From contig CAXXIS010000006.1 in the NCBI GenBank assembly GCA_963664395.2, positions 1-22,312 on the forward strand: a DNA stretch of 22,312 nt, read 5' to 3'. This document shows positions 8,901-16,915 of this stretch, in pieces. The stretch's first letter is position 1. Each line of letters begins with the position of its first letter. The stretch is from Candidatus Binatia bacterium. GTDB taxonomy: Bacteria; Desulfobacterota; Binatia; Bin18. The notes beneath the pieces were generated by a model that saw only the letters and a list, made by a program, of their open reading frames with translations, was not told the DNA's origin and made no database searches. A program made the translations under genes and the position numbers.

Positions 8901-9022
8901 GCCCGACGGCGGCTTTCGATGATCTGCTGTGTTGGCTGTCCCTGGTCATCAAGCTCCCAGTGTTGCGTGGGATCCTCGTAGGGCGAGTTCAAGATCGGCT
9001 GCTCGAAGAATCGGTTGTCCAT
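5930..9022 (-). CDS. Type III-like restriction endonuclease subunit (Res; SF2 helicase/ATPase with C-terminal PD-(D/E)xK nuclease)
   Basis: Walker A LATGAGKT, NDEAHH, LSATP, MLTEGWDA and EQVIGRALRR; C-terminal YIPDF...IVEIKG; 1030 aa; upstream of a Mod gene. Confidence 0.92.
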   Translation of the reverse strand: MDNRFFEQPILNSPYEDPTQHWELDDQGQPTQQIIESRRRAEFITPIPKPRKRKGSSHQQQLILDEGKGLSTAEQQYDSTSIITALRRQVDQWRSRPNRADWQVTPETARLLQHWRQHTFNTIRPFFCQVEAVETAIWLTEVAPSAGKTGKDFLDHLTNANNDANPGLLRLALKLATGAGKTTVMAMLIAWQTINAVRRPTSRRFTRGFLIVTPGLTIRDRLRVLQPNDPDSYYESRELVPNDMLGDLDRAKIVITNYHAFKLRERMALSKGGRSLLQGRGAELDTLETEGQMIQRAMPDLMGMKNIVVMNDEAHHCYREKPEKDDEGTLKGDERKEAEKNNEAARLWISGLEAINRKLGVARIMDLSATPFFLRGSGYAEGTLFPWTMSDFSLMDAIECGIVKLPRVPVADNIPGGEMPKFRNLWEHIRSRMPKKGRGKAKTLDPLSLPVELQTALEALYGHYEKTFKLWQQEGIQVPPCFIVVCNNTSTSKLVYDYISGFRRDNGNDSTAFENGRLPLFRNYNADGTQLARPRTLLIDSQQLESGDALDANFRAMAAGEIDRFRREIIERTGDRGQAENLSDQDLLREVMNTVGKLGRLGGSIRCVVSVSMLTEGWDANTVTHVLGVRAFGTQLLCEQVIGRALRRQSYALNEDELFNVEYADVLGIPFDFTAKPVVAPPQPPRETVQVRAVRPDRDHLAIQFPRVEGYRVELPEERLSAEFNDDSILELTPDLVGPSITRNAGIIGEDVDLNLVHTGDLRRSTVLFHVAKRLLYTKWRDPGEDPKLHLFGQLKHITKQWLDTCLICKGSTYPAQLMYQELADMACERITAGITRSFIGNRPVKAVLDPYNPTGSTMHVNFNTSKAHRWETDARRCHINWAILDSDWEAEFCRIAESHPAVQAYVKNHNLGLEVPYRYGSTMRTYIPDFIVLLNDSHDDPLHLIVEIKGYRGEDAKEKKSTMETYWIPGVNYHGQYGRWAFAEFTEVYQIEADFQATLEASFDRLINRPPSHSPLNRGEDHEIGGSRP

Positions 9023-9171
9023 AATGGGGGTTCCGCTCTATGCTGCGGGCCGGTTTTCCCCTGTATGTACCAGTCTCCACAAGGCTCCTCTACCCGCTGC
9101 CGCTGCTCGGTTCGTGTTGAACCGACATGGCCCTCTCGATCCTTTCGTCCCTATAATTCTTCCACCTTTTC

Positions 9172-9606
9172 CTAACTGAATGGATCACGTGTTCGCAGCT
9201 CTGGAAATAACGAGAAATCGCGATCACGGGTGAGTAGCGCTTCAGTACCGTGCGCCAGACAGAGCGCGGCGATCCGGGCATCGTGTACGACCGCACTACG
9301 CACCCGCGGCCGCTGCACGAGGCTGCTCAAAACCTTGAGAAAGTCGTCGGTCTCGCCGAGCAGGCGGTTGCTTGGCGATGTGGCCCAGGCTTCGAGTTGC
9401 TGCTATGCGCGCTCCGGCGAGGTTGCCGTGTCTTTCCAAATTCGGGGGTTTGTTACAACACTCAGGAATTCGTAGCAGCAAGGCCAGGGAATCGCCCACA
9501 CCTGGCTCCCTTCGGCAAGCGCCCGCACGATCGTAAAGGCTGTTTCGTGCACGCGGGATTCCTTGCGGTGCGCGTACACGAGCAGGTTCGTATCGACCGC
9601 AATCAC
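9172..9606 (-). pseudogene. vapC: VapC PIN-domain toxin with an internal amber stop at 9403-9405
   Basis: The N-terminus is [13 protein letters not shown]. After the TAG the same frame continues QQLEAW...VHDARIAALCLAHGTEALLTRDRDFSLFPELRTRDPFS to a stop at 9172-9174, completing a 144-codon PIN domain. Confidence 0.9.
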
Positions 9607-9851
9607 TGTGTTTCAGTCTCTCCGTAGACCAACCCGCGCAGGTCCTGCCACGAGTAGGCTTCGAGGGGGTCCTCCGCGCCGGCATGGCCAGTGCTCAAAT
9701 CGGGCAGCCGGTAGCGGTTCCGGGAGGCGGGCGCGGCGAGGACCTGACGGAGTCCGTCCTCAACCACAGCGCGTAAGGGGCGGCCCGTATTCCTGGCGTG
9801 ACGTTTCGCCCGCGCCAGGAGTTCGTCATGGATATCAATCGTCGTTTTCAC
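9603..9851 (-). CDS. vapB: VapB-type ribbon-helix-helix antitoxin
   Basis: [19 protein letters not shown]...[11 protein letters not shown] is RHH-like; it overlaps the vapC start by 4 bp. Confidence 0.85.
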   Translation of the reverse strand: MKTTIDIHDELLARAKRHARNTGRPLRAVVEDGLRQVLAAPASRNRYRLPDLSTGHAGAEDPLEAYSWQDLRGLVYGETETQ

Positions 9852-9854
9852 GCT

Positions 9855-9872
9855 CCCATATTACCCATATTA
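9855..9872 (-). promoter_or_regulatory. Perfect 9-bp tandem repeat (TAATATGGG x2 on the minus strand) overlapping -10-like boxes just upstream of vapB; candidate autoregulatory operator
   Basis: CCCATATTA occurs at 9855-9863 and 9864-9872. TATAAT/TAATAT hexamers overlap it and TTGCCG/TTGCCT lie upstream. Confidence 0.5.
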
Positions 9873-10025
9873 TAGAGTACGGCAAGGCAATAGTTTGAGA
9901 AGAGCCAACGGCCAGATACTCCTGCTCCTTCTTGTCCATGTTCAGGTCGTTCACGATGAGGATTATTCCGCAATCTCGCTTCTGCGGCGCGAAATGTCCT
10001 CAAAACCCAGGAGCAGGCAGCCGGA

Positions 10026-11387
10026 TTAGTCTCCGCTCTCGAGCTGATACTTCTCCATCTTCCGATACAGGCGTTGGCGGTCAATCTTGAGCAGGCGCGC
10101 GGCTTCGTTTTTGTTGCCGTGTCCCCGACGCAGGGCCGCCAGGATGAGAGTCCGTTCCATAGCGGCTAAGGAAGGCATGTCCGCCCACGCCTCAAAATGT
10201 GGTTCGGAGTGCGCAAACCCGCTAATAGGAGTCGGCAGGTCGGCATGGGTAATCTCTTGCCCGTGATGTAATGCGAACAGGCGCTCAATCACATTTTGTA
10301 ACTCACGCACATTCCCCGGCCACGGATACGCAACAAGCTTGTCCATGGCCTCGGCCGTCAAGCGTTTTGGTTGGACCTTGTATGCGGTGCTGAACACCGC
10401 AACGAGGTGATCGACCAGCAGGGGGATGTCATCCCGCCGTTCCTTGAGCGGCGGGATATCTATGGGGACAACATTCAGGCGATAGAATAAATCTTTCCGA
10501 AATGTTCCAGCCGCGAGGGCCTGTTCGAGGTTGGTATTGCTCGCCGCGATGATGCGGACATCGACCCTGATCGGGCGGCTGGCCCCTAACGGCGTGACTT
10601 CCCGCTCTTGAATGGCGCGCAGAAATTTGCCCTGGAGCGCCAGCGGAATTTCCGCCACTTCATCCAGGAACAGGGTGCCGCCGCTGGCCGCTTGGAACAC
10701 GCCGTCGTGATCCGCAATGGCTCCGGTAAAAGCGCCCCGCTTATGGCCAAAGAGTTGGCTGTCAAGCAGGGTCTCAGACATGGCGCCACAGTTGAGGGCG
10801 AGAAATGGCTGACCGGCCCACGGTCCTTTGAGGTGAATTGTGCGTGCCACAAGTTCCTTGCCGGTCCCGCTTTCTCCGGTGATGAGCACCGTACTTTTAT
10901 TGCTGCTGACTGAGCCAATAGTGGCGTACAGGCGACGCATGGCCGCACTGTGTCCGATGAGTTCACCAAAGCGCTTATAGCTCCGCACCTCGTGCCGGAG
11001 TTGCGCCACCTCTTGGCGGAGACGACGTGTTTCAACCAGCTTCTCGACTTTGAGGAGCAGCTCATCCGGGTTGCAGGGTTTGGTGAGATAATCCGCTGCT
11101 CCGGACTGCATGGCTTCAACCGCGCTTTCAATTGTGCCGTAGCCGGTCAGGACAATCACCGGACACTCATAGGAGCGCGCCCGCATCTCGCCCAGGAGTT
11201 GCATCCCATCCATGACCGGCATCTTGAGGTCAGTGATGACGACGTCAAAATTTGTCTGGCCAAGCACCTGGAGTGCTGCTTGGCCATGACAGACGGCTTC
11301 TACCGTATAGCCTTTACGTTGCAGAATCTTGGTCTGCATCTTGGCCATATTCGCTTCGTCTTCGACCAGGAGAAGATGTCCAGGCAT
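10026..11387 (-). CDS. Sigma-54-dependent NtrC/AtoC-family response regulator (REC-AAA+-Fis HTH)
   Basis: REC (LLVEDE, TDLKMP, YLTKP), GESGTGKE, GAFTGA, LFLDEV, WPGNVREL and a C-terminal HTH (NKNEAARLLKIDRQRLYRKM). Confidence 0.95.
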   Translation of the reverse strand: MPGHLLLVEDEANMAKMQTKILQRKGYTVEAVCHGQAALQVLGQTNFDVVITDLKMPVMDGMQLLGEMRARSYECPVIVLTGYGTIESAVEAMQSGAADYLTKPCNPDELLLKVEKLVETRRLRQEVAQLRHEVRSYKRFGELIGHSAAMRRLYATIGSVSSNKSTVLITGESGTGKELVARTIHLKGPWAGQPFLALNCGAMSETLLDSQLFGHKRGAFTGAIADHDGVFQAASGGTLFLDEVAEIPLALQGKFLRAIQEREVTPLGASRPIRVDVRIIAASNTNLEQALAAGTFRKDLFYRLNVVPIDIPPLKERRDDIPLLVDHLVAVFSTAYKVQPKRLTAEAMDKLVAYPWPGNVRELQNVIERLFALHHGQEITHADLPTPISGFAHSEPHFEAWADMPSLAAMERTLILAALRRGHGNKNEAARLLKIDRQRLYRKMEKYQLESGD

Positions 11388-11410
11388 GATAGTAGTCTCA
11401 ACGGGATGTC

Positions 11411-13036
11411 TTAGGGAACGGACAGCCGTTCAGTCGAGGCTGCTTCCAGAACCGGGGATTCATTCGCGCACGGACAGGGAAGCTCGATGAGAAACGTCGT
11501 GCCCTGGTTCACCGCGCTGTGCACGACAATATCCCCCTGGTAGCGTTTGATCACTGAATGAACGATCGAGAGGCCGAGGCCGGTCCCTTGGCCGGGCTCC
11601 TTTGTCGTAAAAAAGGGGTTGAAGATGCTGTTCAGCTGATGTGCGGGAATGCCGACACCCGTATCGCTGAATTCAATCGTGACGTGATTGTGAGCATTCC
11701 GCTTGGTCTGTAAGCGCAACTCGCCCCCCTGCGGCATGGCCTGAACCGCATTGGTTATGAGATTCAGAAAGACTTGGCGCAGGGCGTTCTGGTTGGTCAG
11801 ACAGCGGCCAACATCACCAAAGTGGGTCGCGACTTGGATATTATGCGTCTCTAAATATTTCCGCATGAACTGGAGCGTTTTCCCAAGCAGATCGTCAAGG
11901 GCGACCTCTTCCATATCGGTCCCGCCCTCGCGTGAGAACTCAAGCAGATTGGTGATGATTTCTTGGGCGCGAGTAATTTCCTCCTTGGCGATGTGCAGAT
12001 CCTCATGAATCTCCGGGTTGGTTGTATCTGCGATGTGGTCCAGATCGTATAACGCATTCAAAATGATACCGAGGGGATTACGAATTTCGTGGGCGATACC
12101 AGCTGCCAGCTGTCCGATTGCCGCCATTTTTTCCGATTGGATCAATTGGCTCTCCAACTGGCGCCGATCGGAAATGTCCACATAGATGCCCTGGATGGTT
12201 TTTTCTCCGCGATGCTCGATCGCCCCAAAATAGACAGAGACCGGAACAACGTCCCCTCCCTTTTTCGTTCCCAGACGCAGGTCTTCCCAGCCCAGATATC
12301 CCCGTTTCAATGTCTCGTGATAGAGCTGGCGGACGTGGGCTTTTTCCTCTGGGGGATGAAGGTCCCAAATGGCCCGCCCCGCCAGCTCGGTCTGGGACAT
12401 ACCGGTGGCTTTCTCCGCTTCTCGATTGGCCTGCTGAATCGTGCCGTCAGAGCCGCTGATCTGAAAGATTGGCGCCGGGGCATAATCAACCGCCTTGCGA
12501 TGACGTTCCTCTTCATCCCGCAGCGCTTCTTCTCGGGCTTCAACAAAGAAGTCCGTAATATGCAAAAGACGTTCGGAGAACTCCTGGTCCAGCAAGGTCA
12601 GCAGGGCAACGAGTTTCTTCCGATCTTTCGCATACGCGCCGCGTAAACGCTCCGCGATCAGCAGGCGAATTTTCATCTGGCTGGCCAGGAAACGAGAGGC
12701 TGGGAAAAGAGAGATAAACCCCTGCCGGGCATGTTCGCGCAGATATTCGTAGGTCTGCGTATTGTGGGGGGCCTCGATATGCTGGGCCCAACGCAGGAGG
12801 GCGGCCCGCATATCGCGTGTGACCCCAAGGACGCGATCGGTTGGAATCGGGAACGTCGGTGCAATCAGTCCGACCCATTCTTGTACAACGGAGGTCGCGT
12901 GGGCTCGCATGAACGCGGCAAGTTCGGCCCGTAAGGCGCCGGCTTCGCGCGGGAAATCAAGCAGCTCACACCCCCGCATATAATGTTCGATACGCGTCAA
13001 ATGTTCGGCTAACGATTCTTCAAAAAAAGGCTGCAT
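11411..13036 (-). CDS. Cytoplasmic sensor histidine kinase (N-terminal helical globin-like domain, PAS, HisKA, HATPase)
   Basis: H-box GIAHEIRNPL, N-box QVFLNLITNAVQAM, DTGVGI, FNPFFTTK and GTGLGLSI; a PAS segment; no hydrophobic transmembrane stretch. Confidence 0.93.
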   Translation of the reverse strand: MQPFFEESLAEHLTRIEHYMRGCELLDFPREAGALRAELAAFMRAHATSVVQEWVGLIAPTFPIPTDRVLGVTRDMRAALLRWAQHIEAPHNTQTYEYLREHARQGFISLFPASRFLASQMKIRLLIAERLRGAYAKDRKKLVALLTLLDQEFSERLLHITDFFVEAREEALRDEEERHRKAVDYAPAPIFQISGSDGTIQQANREAEKATGMSQTELAGRAIWDLHPPEEKAHVRQLYHETLKRGYLGWEDLRLGTKKGGDVVPVSVYFGAIEHRGEKTIQGIYVDISDRRQLESQLIQSEKMAAIGQLAAGIAHEIRNPLGIILNALYDLDHIADTTNPEIHEDLHIAKEEITRAQEIITNLLEFSREGGTDMEEVALDDLLGKTLQFMRKYLETHNIQVATHFGDVGRCLTNQNALRQVFLNLITNAVQAMPQGGELRLQTKRNAHNHVTIEFSDTGVGIPAHQLNSIFNPFFTTKEPGQGTGLGLSIVHSVIKRYQGDIVVHSAVNQGTTFLIELPCPCANESPVLEAASTERLSVP

Positions 13037-13121
13037 GAGTATTCTCCCATTTTTCTCCCCCTAGCGCCTCCACTATGTTGTGGCAATCCCCTTTTTGTGT
13101 CCGCACTGCCGGCGCGGCCTA

Positions 13122-13149
13122 TTAGACAAGAAAATTCCTGGCGTATAGT
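13122..13149 (+). promoter_or_regulatory. Possible sigma-70 promoter for metH
   Basis: TTAGAC(A) at 13122-13128 and TATAGT at 13144-13149, spacer 15-16 bp (suboptimal). Confidence 0.35.
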
Positions 13150-13280
13150 AAGAGGCACCGCATTAAGCGGAGCGCCCCTTATTCACGTGGAGCTGCCGAC
13201 GGCTGCCGAGAGCCGGGTCTTTTTGACACGACCGTCTCCAGTCTCTTTATCCCCCACGTCGGCCTCCGTATGATGAAAGG

Positions 13281-16200
13281 GTGAGGATAAGAGATTTGAA
13301 CGACACACGGCCTTCTTTATCGGCTACGACAACGGAACTGTACGCCCTCCTGCGCGAACGGGTGCTGCTCTTTGATGGCGCAATGGGGACCTCCATCCAA
13401 GCCCAAAATCTATGCGCCGAAGATTTCGGCGGCCTTGAGTACGAAGGCTGTAATGAACACCTGGTATTGACCTGCCCCGCGGCGATTACGAAGATTCATG
13501 ACGGCTTCTTGCAGGCCGGGTCGGATATTATTGAGACGAATACCTTTGGCGCTGCCAGTATCGTTCTGGCCGAATATGGTCTGCAAGAGAAAGCGGGAGA
13601 AATAAACCAGGCCGCGGCCCAGCTTGCTCGGGCCTGTGCCCAACGGTATAGCTCACTCCAAAAGCCTCGCTTTGTGGCCGGCTCCATGGGGCCGACCACA
13701 AAAACGATTTCCGTCACGGGCGGTGTGACCTTTAGCCAACTGCGGCACACCTATGCCGAACAAGCAGCAGGTCTGCTGCGGGGTGGCGTGGACCTGCTGC
13801 TGCTGGAAACCACCCAAGACACGCTCAATCTGAAATCGGGCCTGGTGGGAATCGACGACGCGTTTCGGACGGTCGGGCAGCGCGTGCCGGTCGCCGTCTC
13901 CATCACGATTGAAACGATGGGGACGATGTTGGCCGGGCAGGGGGTGGAGGCGCTCTATACCTCCGTGGCGCACCATGACCTGTTCGCGCTCGGACTGAAC
14001 TGTGCCACCGGCCCCGATTTTATGACCGATCATTTACGGACCTTAGCTGCGCTCTCTCGTTTCCCTGCCGTGTGTATTCCGAACGCCGGGTTGCCGGATG
14101 AAGAAGGACACTACAACGAATCGCCCGAGATGATTGCGGCCAAGCTCGAACGTTTTGTTGATGCCGGCTGGCTCAATATGCTGGGCGGCTGCTGCGGCAC
14201 GACGCCGGCCCACATCGAATTGCTCAGGCACATGCTGGAGGGCAAGCGGCCGCGGACCCTGCCGACGACCAAACGGAGCGTGGTGTCCGGGCTTGAACCC
14301 CTGGTGATTGACGACGACAAACGTCCGGTGCTGGTCGGTGAGCGAACGAACGTGATTGGGTCACGCAAATTCAAGCGGCTCCTCACTGAGGGTGCGTTTG
14401 AAGAAGGCGCAGAAATCGGCCGCCGGCAGGTGCGGGGTGGAGCCCAAATCGTGGATGTGTGCGTCGCAGACCCGGACCGCGAAGAACTCAGCGATATGAC
14501 CGCCTTCCTGGACATTCTGGTGCGGAAGATCAAAGTTCCCCTGATGATCGACTCGACTGACGCACGGGTCATTGAAGCCGCGCTTGAACAGTCACAGGGC
14601 AAAGCGATTGTCAACTCGATCAACCTGGAAGACGGCGAGGAACGGTTTGCGCAGGTCGTGCCGCTCATCAAACGCTACGGCGCGGCGGTGGTTGTGGGCT
14701 GTATTGATGAAGACCTGCAACAGGGCATGGCGGTCACCCGGCAGCGAAAACTCGCAGTTGCGAAACGGAGCTATGCGCTGCTCACCCACAAATACGGCCT
14801 GTCGGCTGAAGATCTCATTTTTGATCCGCTGGTATTTCCACTCGGAACCGGTGACCACAACTATATTGGCGCAGGGGAAGAGACGATTGAAGGCGTCCGG
14901 CTGATTAAACAAGAGCTGCCGGCGTGCAAGACCATCCTGGGTATCAGCAATGTCTCCTTTGGCCTCCCGCCGGCCGGCCGAGAGGTGCTGAACTCCGTGT
15001 TTCTCTACCACTGTGTCAAAGCCGGTCTCGACCTGGCTATTGTGAACACGGAAAAGTTGGAACGCTACGCCTCGATTGCCGCAGAAGAAAAACAACTCGC
15101 GGATGATCTGATTTATTGGCGCAGTGAGGACCCGGTGGCTGCTTTTGCCGCACACTTTCGACAGAAAAAAGAAACTGTGATTGAGGATACGTACGCCGCC
15201 CTTCCGCTGGACGAACGGCTGGCTCGTTATATCATAGAAGGCTCAAAAGACGGCCTGATTGCCGACCTCAACACCGCCCTCCGCGATCAGTTGCCACTGA
15301 ATATCATCAATGGGCCGCTCATGGCCGGGATGGATGAAGTCGGACGACTGTTCAACAACAATGAACTCATCGTGGCCGAGGTCTTGCAAAGCGCTGAGTC
15401 AATGAAGGCTGCGGTGAGTCATCTCGAACCCTTTATGGAGAAAACTGACAGTGCACTCAAAGGCACCGTCATCCTGGCCACCGTCAAGGGCGATGTGCAT
15501 GATATCGGGAAAAACCTGGTGGAGATCATCCTGTCAAACAACGGCTACCGCGTGGTGAACCTCGGTATTAAAGTCGCACCTGAGACACTCATAGAAGCCG
15601 TCCGTGAACATCAGCCGGATATTGTGGGCCTGTCCGGTTTGCTGGTCAAATCGGCCCAACAGATGGTGGTGACGGCCCAGGACCTCAAGAATGCTCAGGT
15701 CGCCTGTCCGATTCTGGTTGGTGGAGCCGCGCTCACCCCACGTTTTACCGCCAATAAAATTGCCCCCGAGTACGACGGCCTGGTCTGTTACGCTCACGAT
15801 GCCATGCGCGGACTCGATCTGGCCAACCGGCTTGTGGATGAAGACAAGCACGCGGCGCTCATTCTGGATATTGAAAAAGAACGGGCCCGTTTAGCCCAGC
15901 AGGACCGCAAGTCTCAGCCGCGAAAATCTGCACCCAGAGTACAACCGGCCGTGCTGGCACACGAACAGCCCGCCCCACTCCCGCCCGACCTGCGTCCGCA
16001 TACGCTCGCTGATTATGATCTGGAGGCGGTCTTCGCCTATCTCAACCCGAGCATGCTGTACGGCAAGCACCTTGGGCTCAAGGGCAATCTTGAGACCTTA
16101 TTAGCGCAGGGCAACGAGAAAGCCGTCGCGTTACACCGACAGGTCGAAGCCGTGATGGATGAGGTTATTGCAAAAAAATTGCTGCGCGCTCAAGCGGTCT

Positions 16201-16838
16201 ATAAATTCTTTCCGGCCCAGGCAGAAGGCGACAGCCTGCGGCTGTACCAGGCGAACGGAAAAGATATTGTCGAGACATTTCTCTTCCCCCGTCAACAGCA
16301 TGGAGAGGGCCGCTGTCTGAGCGATTTCGTGGCTCCGACGAGCGCTGGCAAACCGGACTATATTGCGCTGTTCGTCGTGACCTGTGGCCACGGTGTACGA
16401 GAACTGTCGGAACAGTACCGCCAAGCGGGCCACTACCTCCAGTCCCATATCCTGCAAGCCCTTGCTATTGAAAGCGCGGAGGCGTTTGCCGAACTGCTCC
16501 ATCAGCGTCTGCGCGAGATGTGGGGCTTTGCCGACCCGCCGGAGCTGACCATGCGGGATCGCTTCAAGGCCCGGTATCGCGGTGTCCGGGTGAGTTTCGG
16601 CTATCCGGCCTGTCCGCGCCTCGAAGACCAGGAACGCCTGTTTCAGTTGCTGCCAATCACCGCCTCAATCGGCGTCGAGCTGACCGAGGGATACATGATG
16701 GAACCGGAAGCCTCGGTCTCGGCGCTTGTCTTTCATCATCCCCAAGCCACATACTTCAGTATCCTGGATGACGAGCTGGCCGCTTTCGAGCAGCGGCTGG
16801 CCGAGCGCTCGAACGCGCTCAGCGTGGCGGCACTGTAG
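13281..16838 (+). CDS. metH: Cobalamin-dependent methionine synthase (true start may be TTG at 13296)
   Basis: FDGAMGT, GLNCATGP and GGCCGTTP (homocysteine/Zn domain); VGERTNV (pterin domain); TVKGDVHDIGKNLV and LSGLL (B12-binding domain); SFGYPACP (activation domain). Confidence 0.97.
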   Translation: MRIRDLNDTRPSLSATTTELYALLRERVLLFDGAMGTSIQAQNLCAEDFGGLEYEGCNEHLVLTCPAAITKIHDGFLQAGSDIIETNTFGAASIVLAEYGLQEKAGEINQAAAQLARACAQRYSSLQKPRFVAGSMGPTTKTISVTGGVTFSQLRHTYAEQAAGLLRGGVDLLLLETTQDTLNLKSGLVGIDDAFRTVGQRVPVAVSITIETMGTMLAGQGVEALYTSVAHHDLFALGLNCATGPDFMTDHLRTLAALSRFPAVCIPNAGLPDEEGHYNESPEMIAAKLERFVDAGWLNMLGGCCGTTPAHIELLRHMLEGKRPRTLPTTKRSVVSGLEPLVIDDDKRPVLVGERTNVIGSRKFKRLLTEGAFEEGAEIGRRQVRGGAQIVDVCVADPDREELSDMTAFLDILVRKIKVPLMIDSTDARVIEAALEQSQGKAIVNSINLEDGEERFAQVVPLIKRYGAAVVVGCIDEDLQQGMAVTRQRKLAVAKRSYALLTHKYGLSAEDLIFDPLVFPLGTGDHNYIGAGEETIEGVRLIKQELPACKTILGISNVSFGLPPAGREVLNSVFLYHCVKAGLDLAIVNTEKLERYASIAAEEKQLADDLIYWRSEDPVAAFAAHFRQKKETVIEDTYAALPLDERLARYIIEGSKDGLIADLNTALRDQLPLNIINGPLMAGMDEVGRLFNNNELIVAEVLQSAESMKAAVSHLEPFMEKTDSALKGTVILATVKGDVHDIGKNLVEIILSNNGYRVVNLGIKVAPETLIEAVREHQPDIVGLSGLLVKSAQQMVVTAQDLKNAQVACPILVGGAALTPRFTANKIAPEYDGLVCYAHDAMRGLDLANRLVDEDKHAALILDIEKERARLAQQDRKSQPRKSAPRVQPAVLAHEQPAPLPPDLRPHTLADYDLEAVFAYLNPSMLYGKHLGLKGNLETLLAQGNEKAVALHRQVEAVMDEVIAKKLLRAQAVYKFFPAQAEGDSLRLYQANGKDIVETFLFPRQQHGEGRCLSDFVAPTSAGKPDYIALFVVTCGHGVRELSEQYRQAGHYLQSHILQALAIESAEAFAELLHQRLREMWGFADPPELTMRDRFKARYRGVRVSFGYPACPRLEDQERLFQLLPITASIGVELTEGYMMEPEASVSALVFHHPQATYFSILDDELAAFEQRLAERSNALSVAAL

Positions 16839-16915
16839 CCGGCTCTCCAGACACTCGGTCGGGCAGGGAGATGAAGCCCTGACTCAGCCCGACCAGGAAG
16901 AAAAACTCGGGAGTC

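Larger units (their letters stand above)
1..9900 (-). other. Defence island (toxin-antitoxin, type III-like RM, Schlafen-Argonaute); left end lies outside the window
   Basis: Co-oriented cluster made only of defence and TA genes, with patchy GC content. No integrase, tRNA or att site is seen in the window. Confidence 0.7.

Noticed and set aside
9090-9898. Overlapping ORFs 9090..9296, 9230..9475, 9250..9627, 9296..9685 and 9563..9898
   Set aside because: All are explained as alternative frames of vapBC.
13150-13280. Canonical SAM-I, SAH or cobalamin riboswitch
   Set aside because: I could not find the core consensus elements, so it is reported only as a candidate structured leader.
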